From IMG/VR virus record IMGVR_UViG_3300037010_002844, positions 62,001 through 126,000 of that record: a DNA stretch of 64,000 nt. One strand, 5' to 3'. This document shows, one piece after another, positions 55,261 through 64,000 of the stretch. The notes under the pieces are model-generated. The model saw only the letters and a program-made list of their open reading frames with translations. It was not told where the DNA came from and did not search any database. Positions within the stretch are counted from its first letter, which is position 1, and the number at the start of each line of letters is the position of its first letter. Both the position numbers and the translations under genes were made by a program.

Positions 55261-56163
55261 TTATTCGTTGTCCATCAACTCGTCGAACGCCTCGTCAAGC
55301 GTCTGCTTCTTCACCGGTGCGGCCGAAGCATCGTCATCATCAACCTTGGGCTTGCGAGGCGAAGCCTTCGCCGGCTTCACTGCCTCAGCCTTGGGAGCCG
55401 CAGGTTCATCATGGGCTTTGGCGCCGCGCACGTCCTTCACCAGCTCGTCGAGCTGGTCCTTAGGAGCGGCAGAACCACGCTGAGTGCCCTCGTCACCCGA
55501 GGAGCTCTCGCCGCCCGAGAGCCAGGTGCTAAGGATCGACTCGATCTCTTCCTTGGACTTCAGGCGATACATGTCATCAAGGTTGGGGACTGCGTCGAGC
55601 CAGGACTGCGCCTGCTTCGAATCATCATGCAGCTTGCTGGCCTTCGGCTTGCAAGAGACGGCGGTGTCCTGGAACTGCTTGCCAGGCGCCTGGGAGATAA
55701 CGACCTTGAGGTCGAACCCTTCGTTCGGGTCCAGGATGTCGCCATAGTCCTCATCGAGGAAAAAACCCAGTAGCTGCTGATAGACGATCTTGCCGAAGCT
55801 CCAAACCATCACGCCCTTGTCTTCCTGACCGCGAACGATGACCGGAGCATAGGCACGCATCTTTGGGAGCAACTTCTTTGCCAAGAGCCTGTCGTCAGGC
55901 TTACCGCTGCTGAAGAGCTTCTTGATCAGATCGTCAATCGGATCGGGCTTGTTGAACTGCTTGGGAGACAGAATGCCGGCGTTGGTGCCGATGTAGTAGA
56001 ACCAACGCTCCATGAACGGATTCTCTGAAGAGTTGTTCTTCCATGGAAGACAACGGATCCTGTACTCACCGACGCCCGGCTTCCAGAGTTGGACCGACGA
56101 CGTCTTCTTCGTGCCATTGAGTTCTGCCATGCGGCGACGAATCGCCTCGAGATCTACTGCCAT
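55261..56163 (-). CDS. Single-stranded DNA-binding protein (T4 gp32-like)
   Basis: LWKP..RIRCLP, DPID, PKMRAY..VIVRG, WSFGK.VY, DYGDILDP..GFD and an acidic C-terminal tail. Confidence 0.85.
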   Translation of the reverse strand: MAVDLEAIRRRMAELNGTKKTSSVQLWKPGVGEYRIRCLPWKNNSSENPFMERWFYYIGTNAGILSPKQFNKPDPIDDLIKKLFSSGKPDDRLLAKKLLPKMRAYAPVIVRGQEDKGVMVWSFGKIVYQQLLGFFLDEDYGDILDPNEGFDLKVVISQAPGKQFQDTAVSCKPKASKLHDDSKQAQSWLDAVPNLDDMYRLKSKEEIESILSTWLSGGESSSGDEGTQRGSAAPKDQLDELVKDVRGAKAHDEPAAPKAEAVKPAKASPRKPKVDDDDASAAPVKKQTLDEAFDELMDNE

Positions 56164-56319
56164 GATTTCCTCTACCTTTTCCGTATTCCATGAATCGACG
56201 GAATGGACCGCACCATGCGGCTCATACCATCTTACAGATCAAGCTTTCACAAGTTCAAGAGACAAAACGTCCTACCATCACAATCGATGTGGTGGCCAGA
56301 TTTCGTCGGTGGAGCGCTG

Positions 56320-56562
56320 TCACTTCCGGCGCTTTTTGCCGGCGTTCTTCCTGCGACCCATGGCGTCAGGGTTCGCACCCAGCGGCGCGGTGTACCCAGC
56401 GACGGCTCCAACACCCGAAAACTCATTGACGTCTTCAACCTCATCACGCTTCTTTCCGTCTTCCGATCCCGTGTCCGGTTCAATGAGCTGGTTTGGAACG
56501 CGAGCATCCCTGGCCGACTCGAGGACCATCCTAACATACCGCACGAGCAATGTCTTGCCCAT
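56320..56562 (-). CDS. Small protein with an LVRYVRMVLE leader
   Basis: ATACTTA box upstream of ATG 56562; GAVAGYTAPLG. Confidence 0.55.
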   Translation of the reverse strand: MGKTLLVRYVRMVLESARDARVPNQLIEPDTGSEDGKKRDEVEDVNEFSGVGAVAGYTAPLGANPDAMGRRKNAGKKRRK

Positions 56563-56621
56563 ACTAATAAGTATGACCACGAGCCGGATTTGTTGAACTC
56601 AGCGACGCAGCGGGTCACTTT

Positions 56622-57209
56622 TCAGGGAAAGCGACCCTTCTCCTGCATCGTCGAGACGTAGTCTGCGGTCATGACAACGTGAGCCAGCAACGGTTCCTTG
56701 AGGCAGTACTGTTTGTTCTCTTCGACGACCCAACCGTCGTTCAAGAGGATGGCCAGCGTCTCATCCCGCGTCAACTTCAGACCGTAGTGATTGCAGAGGA
56801 AGACGCCGCGATGAGGCACCGACATGTGATCGATCTCGCGGTTGTACGAATAGAGCTCACCGCGCTTCGCCTGCCAGTCTTCGGCAAGGACGTAGTAGTC
56901 CTTCTCATGGTCGCCGACCTTGCCCAGATCGTGGAAAAGGCAGCTGATGATGAGCGAGTCCTTCGGGACCGTCCACCCCATCGACTTCACATACGTCATG
57001 GCATTGCCAAGGACGCGCAACGAATGGTCCACCAACCCGCCCGGAAAGGCGTTGTGATAATCCTTCTTACCCGAGGCAGGACACAGTGCTAGGCGCTCAC
57101 CCAGGCCGTCAACCAAGGCTAGGGCATCAGTGGAGCGCGGGCCGAGCTTTTCGCACAATGCGCGGTACTTGTTGAAGCTCTTCTCAATCTCTTCTGCTGT
57201 CAGCGACAT
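56622..57209 (-). CDS. HD-domain phosphohydrolase
   Basis: YHNAFPGGLVDHSL, LFHDLGK and ADY. Confidence 0.85.
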   Translation of the reverse strand: MSLTAEEIEKSFNKYRALCEKLGPRSTDALALVDGLGERLALCPASGKKDYHNAFPGGLVDHSLRVLGNAMTYVKSMGWTVPKDSLIISCLFHDLGKVGDHEKDYYVLAEDWQAKRGELYSYNREIDHMSVPHRGVFLCNHYGLKLTRDETLAILLNDGWVVEENKQYCLKEPLLAHVVMTADYVSTMQEKGRFP

Positions 57210-57231
57210 GTAAGAATCGTACCCTTCACGT

Positions 57232-58452
57232 TCACCGTGTACAAGTAATGAACTCGCACTTCAATGGAAAATAATTGACGTAGCCCGGAACTCGCACCTT
57301 GTCAATTGATTTGACGATGTCAATGCAATCAGGCGCCACATCGAGCAGTAGCGCATCGTGCAGCACAAAGATGGGCCTGACGCCGGGCAATCCCGAGAAC
57401 TGGTTGACGAGCTCTGAAAACCCGAGGAGGCTAACGTCAACACCGGTCGACTGGGCATACGTATTGATGAGGATGTGATCAAGCGGTTCCTCGATCAACA
57501 GCGACCTGCCATAGCGATTGGTGACGTGGCCTGTCTTGATGAACTCGTCCTTGACACGCTTCAACAGTTCCTTGGTACGAAAGAATCGCTTGACCTTGCC
57601 AACGAAGTCGTTGAGTTCCTTGCCTTCGATCCCGAGCACCTCACCCAATGAATGCTTGCCAGATCCGTAGAGCTCAGAGATAACGGCCTGCTTGATGGCG
57701 TTCCGTGAGGCGGTCCCAGCAAACAACTCACGGGAAATGAACGTGTACATGTCAGCGTCTTCGCAACGACCACCGGCCTCGTACAGCAGGACACGGGCCT
57801 CCAATGCCGCGAAGTCAACGTAGGCAATGGCACCACCTTCCTCGACGGGTACTACCATGTCGCGGAACTCTCGCTTCAAGCTAAGGATCGCGGGCCCGCT
57901 TGCGGTCGTCAAGCGCCCAGTGCGTGTTCCGAAGCGATCATAGTCAACGATGGTTGCCATGCCGTCGCTGTCAGGTTGAAAGCTCTCAATCACCTTAGCA
58001 TTGTTTCCCGCGGACGCCCGCAGCTCTAGGTACCGAGCCTTGTCAACACGTGCAGGTTGCAACGACCTGAGGACGGCCGATTGGGGAACCCACGTGTTCA
58101 CGTAATAATCTCGTGATAGGGTGTCCAAGGCAACAGTGGCCTCATTTATGAGGCTTTTTACGAGGCCGCGGTGTTCCCTTTCTGGCATCACCTGTGACCA
58201 CGGCGGCTGCACGTTAGAACCCGACATCAACAGGTTCATTGCATTGATGAATCTCTCGGGTGGTCGAGAGGAAATCTCCTTGCCCGCTAGACGCATCACA
58301 GTGTCCAGGCACCTGTCAGAACGCAGCTTCACCTGGCCCGACAGGTGCCAGACGCCCAAAGGCACATCGTCGACCCAGCGGTAACCCGTGTCGACGTACA
58401 GGTGACGTTCCGTGCCCATCAACCGCGAGTCAATGCAAAAAGGTTCTGTCAC
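57232..58452 (-). CDS. Family A DNA polymerase-like protein (polymerase domain only)
   Basis: RTGRLT, DFAALEARV (motif A), RNAIK..LYG (motif B), NTYAQST and LHDA (motif C). GTG start inferred. Confidence 0.78.
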   Translation of the reverse strand: MTEPFCIDSRLMGTERHLYVDTGYRWVDDVPLGVWHLSGQVKLRSDRCLDTVMRLAGKEISSRPPERFINAMNLLMSGSNVQPPWSQVMPEREHRGLVKSLINEATVALDTLSRDYYVNTWVPQSAVLRSLQPARVDKARYLELRASAGNNAKVIESFQPDSDGMATIVDYDRFGTRTGRLTTASGPAILSLKREFRDMVVPVEEGGAIAYVDFAALEARVLLYEAGGRCEDADMYTFISRELFAGTASRNAIKQAVISELYGSGKHSLGEVLGIEGKELNDFVGKVKRFFRTKELLKRVKDEFIKTGHVTNRYGRSLLIEEPLDHILINTYAQSTGVDVSLLGFSELVNQFSGLPGVRPIFVLHDALLLDVAPDCIDIVKSIDKVRVPGYVNYFPLKCEFITCTR

Positions 58453-58490
58453 GAGCAAATCGTAACTCGCAAAAGGCCACGATTACACGG

Positions 58491-61400
58491 TCACTTATCG
58501 AGGACCAAGGGATGTGACTTAATCTTGTCAACGAGCTGCGGCGCGCCTTCATATTTGCCATAGGCATCATAGAAGGCCATTGTTAGGCTCGATTCGAACT
58601 TGCCCGGTGCCAGAGTGTGCGTCAAACCAGAGATGCCGTAGATGTTGTCCAACGTGGTGCCGGTGTTGAAGTCAATAAAGAACAGTTGCGAGTAGTTCAA
58701 CAACGGACAACCTATCGTCCGCAGCGTCAATGCTGCAGGAATCACCTTCAAAGGCAGTCCACCCATGCCGCCGCCCTGTGGAGTCGCCTGGACCTTCTTG
58801 CCCGAATTGAGGCCCAACAGCTGCGCTGCGGTCAGGTTAGCATCGTGCTTCGTCTGAACCGATGCATCGATGATTCCCGAGGCATTCATGCCATAGACGA
58901 GGCTGGGCACCATCTTGGAGACCAGGTGCTTGATGCTCTGGTTGCTAGAGACCTCAGTGACCTCGATCAGCTTCACGTGAATCGGGCTGTCATTTGAGTC
59001 GCTCGCTGTCGCAGTCTTAGATGCAATCTTGGTCTTCAGCGGTCCCGCCGTGGTGACCGTCTTCTCGTCATCCCCGTGGTATGCCTTAACCCAGGAATTT
59101 GCATCGACTTCATAGATCGACGAGGCAGAGCCCAAAGGCGTGTCGGCCCGCAGCAGCGCGCCGGCAGCGCGGTACGGGTTAACGGTCTTGTCATAGATGT
59201 GAACGCGGACGATCTTCTTGATCTTTGAGAAACCCGCTGAGCCCGGCTTTGACGGTGAACCCTCGTAGTAACGCAGTAGGTCAGTCGGCACGTCCTTGGT
59301 GGCATCACTAGATGACGCCTTGGCGTGCGTCGTCTCAATGTAGACCTCGATCTGTGGCATCTGAAATGCGCCGCGCTGGCCGTTGACCGACCAGATCAAC
59401 TGGTCGTACTGTGATGCCGTTGCATTGTCCTTGAATGCTGGATCGCGGCCTTTAGGATCCCAAGGTTTGAAGACCTGCGCTGACTTGAATCCATACCCGA
59501 TGGCGCGAGGATCCTGCAGCTGAGCGTCGATGGCCAACTTGACAAACTGTTCAATCGTCATCGTCGTGGTGCCACGGGATTCGATAACTTCCTTGTACTG
59601 TCGCAAAAAGACGGGAAGGTCGATTGGAAACTCGGCGATGCTGATGGCTGAGGCCGGACCGCACTTGTCGTTCAAGGTGTAGAACAACAGTTGAAATTCG
59701 TCGACGCTCTTGACGGTGAACAAGGCCGGGCCCATAAAGACGCTGAAGAGCTTGCCGAACGAGCAGTAGCCTTTCTTCAGGCCGTCCTTCTTCAGATCGT
59801 CGCTCAAGGGATCTGATTTCAGGTACGTCTCCATCTCCTTCAGCAGCGGATGCGAATCATCGGGTCCCGCCTCAGCCTTACGCTTGTCATCCTTGACCCT
59901 GAAAGGCAAGAATGGATCTGGCCCCCTCGACAGTTCCTCAAACTTCCGCGCTACGTATGAAGACGCAATGTTCTTGTACTGCTGCTGGTAATCAAAGACG
60001 TCCTTATTGGCACCGCCCGCTGAAGCGTACAGTTGCTTCAGCTTGGCGATCAATGGATCTGATGTACCTGCGCCAATCTTGCCTGAGTTTCGCAGTGCCG
60101 TCTCGAGCGCAGTGATCGCGTCCAACACCTCGTTGGGCTTCAGATTTGGAAATCCGCCTTGTTCAGCGGTATCGAGGACCATGAACCCGCGGATCTCCTT
60201 GTTGAGACCAGTAGGTGGATTGAGGTTGTAGGCACGGCGAAGTTCACCGATCTGTCGAGCAAGGTCCTCAATCTTCTGCGAGATCTGCTTGAAACCTTCC
60301 TCTGGATCATCAGTGACCTTGATGTCGCGCATCTCAGAGACTGACTTGGTGAACAACTCCAAGGTGATCGTCACTTGACCGACCTGGTCGAACGCAAAGC
60401 CTGCGTTCATGACGCCGTACGCCTCGCGGATCAACATGTTGTTGTTGATGAAGTCAGCGTACGTCTGCGTCGACTTTGTGTCAGATGCTGGCTCGTATGG
60501 ATGTCGCCAGCCGTACGTCAGCCACACTGTGGTGCGTGTGTAGGTCGTGGGCTGAATCAGGTCGGCCAACTCAGCTAGCCTAGAGCGATCGTGCAGCTTG
60601 ATGACCGCCGTGGCCTTCTTGTAGGACATGATGCCCACGGTGGGTGCCACGTTGATGGTGACGTTCTCCAGGGACGCAAAAGGCCGTGTTGGATCGATGA
60701 CGTCAACGTAGCGCTTGCCTTGCTTGGCGGTCACCGGGTCCATGTTGATCAACGTCTGAGGAGCTGTGAACAGTTCCATTCCCGCCGTCGACTTCATGCG
60801 CTGTGAGTCTTTGTCCTCGCCGACCGTCGTCCTAGCGCCGAACATTGCCGCGTTAGGCGTGTCAGCCTGTAGCTTGTCGCCGCCCAATAGGAACTTGAGC
60901 ATGCCAGCGGTGGTCAACGTCAAGGCCTTGTCGTCGCCTTTACTGATACCGCGGTCGAACTCAAACTCGAGCTCTAGGTACGGAACGCACCGCGAGATCA
61001 CCGTCGTCGGCAGGAAATTCAAGAACAGTTCGACCTTCTGCGCATCACGGGCCATTGGCGTGATGAAGGGCGACCGCGAGACGAAGATGCTCAAATCGCG
61101 ATCACCGCGAATCTTGTCGGGATCTTTAAATCCGACGATCTTGTCAACGCTGATGTCATCCTTGACCGTCTTACCGTCAGCGTCTTGATAGATGTACGGA
61201 TATGTCACGTCCGACAGCTTGCCAGCGCCTGCAGTCGTGTAAAAGTTGATCAACCGATTGAACAACTTAAGGTCTTCCGCACCCGTCGACTTGGTCGACA
61301 GTTCTTGCATTTTGGCCAACATCGTGGCAGCATCATAGACGCCACCATTGCCACCTTCGAGCATCAGCCTTTGCAGCTGACGTAGGACAGAATTACGGTT

Positions 61401-61499
61401 CGTGGCATCACTACCTAGACTGACCTTCTGCGCAGCCAACAGATCTGCGGGCTGCAGCATTTGAAAGATACTCTCGAGGCTACCAAAATCACCTGTCAT
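58491..61499 (-). CDS. Large structural protein, probable baseplate hub/tail-associated
   Basis: 1002 aa, downstream of the LysM and tube-like genes; terminal IY.ISGLTHTL.PGKFES resembles hub beta-barrel ends. Confidence 0.55.
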   Translation of the reverse strand: MTGDFGSLESIFQMLQPADLLAAQKVSLGSDATNRNSVLRQLQRLMLEGGNGGVYDAATMLAKMQELSTKSTGAEDLKLFNRLINFYTTAGAGKLSDVTYPYIYQDADGKTVKDDISVDKIVGFKDPDKIRGDRDLSIFVSRSPFITPMARDAQKVELFLNFLPTTVISRCVPYLELEFEFDRGISKGDDKALTLTTAGMLKFLLGGDKLQADTPNAAMFGARTTVGEDKDSQRMKSTAGMELFTAPQTLINMDPVTAKQGKRYVDVIDPTRPFASLENVTINVAPTVGIMSYKKATAVIKLHDRSRLAELADLIQPTTYTRTTVWLTYGWRHPYEPASDTKSTQTYADFINNNMLIREAYGVMNAGFAFDQVGQVTITLELFTKSVSEMRDIKVTDDPEEGFKQISQKIEDLARQIGELRRAYNLNPPTGLNKEIRGFMVLDTAEQGGFPNLKPNEVLDAITALETALRNSGKIGAGTSDPLIAKLKQLYASAGGANKDVFDYQQQYKNIASSYVARKFEELSRGPDPFLPFRVKDDKRKAEAGPDDSHPLLKEMETYLKSDPLSDDLKKDGLKKGYCSFGKLFSVFMGPALFTVKSVDEFQLLFYTLNDKCGPASAISIAEFPIDLPVFLRQYKEVIESRGTTTMTIEQFVKLAIDAQLQDPRAIGYGFKSAQVFKPWDPKGRDPAFKDNATASQYDQLIWSVNGQRGAFQMPQIEVYIETTHAKASSSDATKDVPTDLLRYYEGSPSKPGSAGFSKIKKIVRVHIYDKTVNPYRAAGALLRADTPLGSASSIYEVDANSWVKAYHGDDEKTVTTAGPLKTKIASKTATASDSNDSPIHVKLIEVTEVSSNQSIKHLVSKMVPSLVYGMNASGIIDASVQTKHDANLTAAQLLGLNSGKKVQATPQGGGMGGLPLKVIPAALTLRTIGCPLLNYSQLFFIDFNTGTTLDNIYGISGLTHTLAPGKFESSLTMAFYDAYGKYEGAPQLVDKIKSHPLVLDK

Positions 61500-61502
61500 G
61501 CA

Positions 61503-61796
61503 TCACCCCGTGATTCCTACGACAGCGCCTAGATCCGGGATCCGGATGACGGTCCCAGCGGGAACCTGCATTCCCCAGCCAATGTCGCTGGCAGCAGCCA
61601 AGACCCACCAGTACCGTGAGTCGCCGTAGATAGTTCCGGCCAGCGTATCAAGTCGCTCGACACCGCGTAGCAACAGGGTCTTGGTCGGCACCGTGCCTGC
61701 CTTGATCGCAGCACGCAGGTTATTGATCGACTCAGTCGTACCGTACTGTCGACCAAAATCAAGGATGGGTGTGCGAGCGTATCGAGATGCTGCCAT
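61503..61796 (-). CDS. LysM/tail-X-like baseplate protein
   Basis: ERLDTLAGTIYGDSRYWWVLAAAS..VPAGTVIRIP. Confidence 0.85.
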   Translation of the reverse strand: MAASRYARTPILDFGRQYGTTESINNLRAAIKAGTVPTKTLLLRGVERLDTLAGTIYGDSRYWWVLAAASDIGWGMQVPAGTVIRIPDLGAVVGITG

Positions 61797-61799
61797 GGC

Positions 61800-63986
61800 T
61801 CACTTCTTGTCGTCAGTATCAGTCGATGGAGCAAAGTAACCCACCGGATAAATGGGAGCCCGATTGTACCCCTGCGAATCGAGACCAGGCGAGATGTCGT
61901 GGATGGGCGTGAATGAGATGGTGACCTTGCACATCATCGGTGCCTTGTGACCAGGCCTGTCGTCCCAATTGACCTTGTCGTACCAGTCAAAGTTCATGGA
62001 ATCGATGAAACCCGCCAAGCCCCGGCCGCCTGCTGACTTGAACGACTTGACAAGTGCGTTCTTCTCAGGATCAAGGAAGTTGCTCAACGAATCGAGCGAT
62101 GTGACCTTGGCGCCTGAAGCCTGGTTGATTGCCTTCAATGTGCTCTGCGTCGGACGCAATTCCGAAGACTTGACGAGGAACTTCTGATTGATGATCTTGT
62201 TCAGAGGATCTTTGTCATTATTGTACAAATTTGTGATGGCCCGAGTAAGCGCGGCCTGTCGAGCAGGATCAGTGATTCCTTGCGAGTTGAAGAACGCAGC
62301 GTCGGGCATCTTGACCTGGACTGCTACAACATCTGCATCGTCTGTCGTTGAGACAACATTGACAGGAATCATGTCAGCATAGGCATCGACCTTCCACCGA
62401 GGGGCCGACGGCACCTGATTGCTAGGCAGCGGATTGCTCTTGCCTGCGTCGGACGCGGAATCGTAGATCTGACCCGGAGTCACGAACCAAGTCTTTTCTG
62501 ACGGCGTGGTTCGTGACTTGATGATCTCCGGCGGTACCTTAAACTGGTTACCTGCATCAAAGTCAAGGCCAGAACTATCACCGAACTGTGCCACCGAATC
62601 ACCACCCAACGTGGCTCCAAAGAGCCTGGCCAACGCGAATCGTGAGTAGTTGGTCGACAACAGGTTGCCCAGCCTCAATCGAACCAACGGTGATGCTGCA
62701 ATCATCTGGCTAAACGGTTGGGTGAAGGCGTAGTTGTTGTCCTTGTCTGACAACCAACGACCTTCGCTGTACTGTGGATAGATGAGAGTCGTCAGCTTGT
62801 TGATTTTGACCCACATGTCCTTGAAATCAGCCGGGCTCGTGGCGGCCACGTAGAAGCTGAGGCCGATCTTGCGGACGGTGCTCTTGTAGATCTTGACGGG
62901 CTCTACACGCCCGAAGCCATCAGATGATTCATAGTTGGCCGTGTAATCGTCAGACAATGACGACAGGAAGGCGTGGAAGGCAATAATCTCGTTGGTCCTC
63001 ACATCGTGAAAATAGAACGGGATGTACTCAGCATCGAGAGCACGTTCCATGTTCCGCAACGTGACATCGTTGTCGTTATCAGAGCCCTTGCCGACCGGGA
63101 TACGATTGCCGTTCTTCTTGCTGGCATCGTTCGACAACAGGTAGTACTGCGCTCGAGTGTCTGCGTCTTCTGAGGCAATGCCTGATTGGAAGCTACCCAA
63201 GTTATCAGTCGTGGCCTGCAGCGCTAGCGTGGCATTCGGCAGCAGGTACAACGCAGGTGCTCTGTTAGAGCTCCACGCCAGCTTGAGATTCTTGCCATCG
63301 CCCATTCGGTTCTTGCCGATGACATTTGACGGAACGTCATCGGGCAGCTTGTCGATGCTCGAGCGCCTGACGGGCTCACCCGGGGCGCTGATGTTGTCAA
63401 AGTCACTGTCGGTCAAGATCTTGTCGCCCAACGTTGAAAACACGTTCAAGGCTGAGACCAACTTTGAATGCCTCAACACATCGAGCATCGACAGCAGGTT
63501 CTTAACGCCAGACACCAGGTTGTTGCTCTGAAAGATCTTCTTGATTGACTCGATGATGCTAGAGATTGAACGGATGACAGCACGTGCAACGACAGAGTTG
63601 TAGCCCGGCGCAGACGTGATGGCTGTGGCATCGATCGTGACCAGGGCACCAGCGGTGCCATCACTAGAAATGCCAAAGAATGCCAGCGTCCCGACCTTGA
63701 GGCAGTCCGAAAACCTATGCAATGTGGGCCTGATTCCCAAGAGGGCGCCGATGTCCAACGGAAAGTTCGGTGGGAATGCATTGGGATCAGCCAGCTTAGC
63801 CTTTGTTGAAGATCCCAAGATGAAGCGACCGTCTCTCGTCTTCTTGTCTTCTGGCGTTCCTTTGATCAATGACAACAATGAGGCCAGGCCCTCGAACAGC
63901 AACTGAACTCCTGCTGTCAAGGCAGTCGACAGGGCGATCATGCCCAATGACGTGATTCCTGAGTAGGTATCGTATGTGTTGTTCAT
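61800..63986 (-). CDS. Baseplate/tube-initiator-like structural protein (may extend beyond the window)
   Basis: YIPFYFHD..AFLSSLSDDY...GRVEPV.IYKST.RKIGLSF...SPLVRLRLG...PM.C.VTISFTPIH tube-like domain. Confidence 0.6.
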   Translation of the reverse strand: MNNTYDTYSGITSLGMIALSTALTAGVQLLFEGLASLLSLIKGTPEDKKTRDGRFILGSSTKAKLADPNAFPPNFPLDIGALLGIRPTLHRFSDCLKVGTLAFFGISSDGTAGALVTIDATAITSAPGYNSVVARAVIRSISSIIESIKKIFQSNNLVSGVKNLLSMLDVLRHSKLVSALNVFSTLGDKILTDSDFDNISAPGEPVRRSSIDKLPDDVPSNVIGKNRMGDGKNLKLAWSSNRAPALYLLPNATLALQATTDNLGSFQSGIASEDADTRAQYYLLSNDASKKNGNRIPVGKGSDNDNDVTLRNMERALDAEYIPFYFHDVRTNEIIAFHAFLSSLSDDYTANYESSDGFGRVEPVKIYKSTVRKIGLSFYVAATSPADFKDMWVKINKLTTLIYPQYSEGRWLSDKDNNYAFTQPFSQMIAASPLVRLRLGNLLSTNYSRFALARLFGATLGGDSVAQFGDSSGLDFDAGNQFKVPPEIIKSRTTPSEKTWFVTPGQIYDSASDAGKSNPLPSNQVPSAPRWKVDAYADMIPVNVVSTTDDADVVAVQVKMPDAAFFNSQGITDPARQAALTRAITNLYNNDKDPLNKIINQKFLVKSSELRPTQSTLKAINQASGAKVTSLDSLSNFLDPEKNALVKSFKSAGGRGLAGFIDSMNFDWYDKVNWDDRPGHKAPMMCKVTISFTPIHDISPGLDSQGYNRAPIYPVGYFAPSTDTDDKK

Positions 63987-64000
63987 AGATCCCCACGAGC

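Noticed and set aside
56164-56320. Possible tRNA or structured ncRNA in the larger intergenic gaps (also 8268-8344 and 21571-21790)
   Set aside because: No T-loop (GTTCRA) or cloverleaf pattern found by eye; only short hairpins.
1-64000. Stop-codon reassignment (TGA or TAG read as sense), suggested by several in-frame stops
   Set aside because: Well-conserved genes end at TGA (gp42, many ATGA overlaps) and TAG (pseT, uxs) where homologs end. The internal stops fall only in small accessory or mobile ORFs.

Overview
This 64 kb window (roughly 55% GC, mostly minus-strand genes) looks like part of a jumbo or huge tailed-phage genome with T4-like modules. It carries replication genes (gp32-like SSB, RecA/UvsX, DnaB/gp41 helicase, 5'-3' exonuclease, a PolA-like gene), nucleotide metabolism (NrdJ with a Gln-terminated cis-intein, ThyX, Tmk, dUTPase, an all-alpha dCTPase-like NTP pyrophosphatase), RNA repair (RNA ligase, PNKP, nucleotidyltransferase), two DNA methyltransferases, baseplate/tail genes at the right end, and many small decayed accessory genes. 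Two loci stand out. (1) The replicative polymerase dnaE (12068-25820) is broken into 8 ORFs plus a 30-aa leader piece. Six naturally split inteins would have to trans-splice in order to rebuild it. One fragment contributes only 7 residues (SGAPDID, part of the catalytic DxD), one intein has a 17-18 aa C-fragment, one break has no intein, and homing endonucleases or passenger genes fill the gaps. (2) A cytosine hypermodification cluster (1595-7394) combines a T4 gp42-like dCMP hydroxymethylase, dNMP kinase, GT-B glycosyltransferase, NDP-sugar epimerase and SAM methyltransferase. A UDP-glucuronate decarboxylase at 26.2-27.2 kb suggests a non-glucose (pentose, possibly methylated) sugar on hmC. 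All product calls come from motif recognition by eye; no database searches were run. No tRNA, rRNA or CRISPR array was seen.
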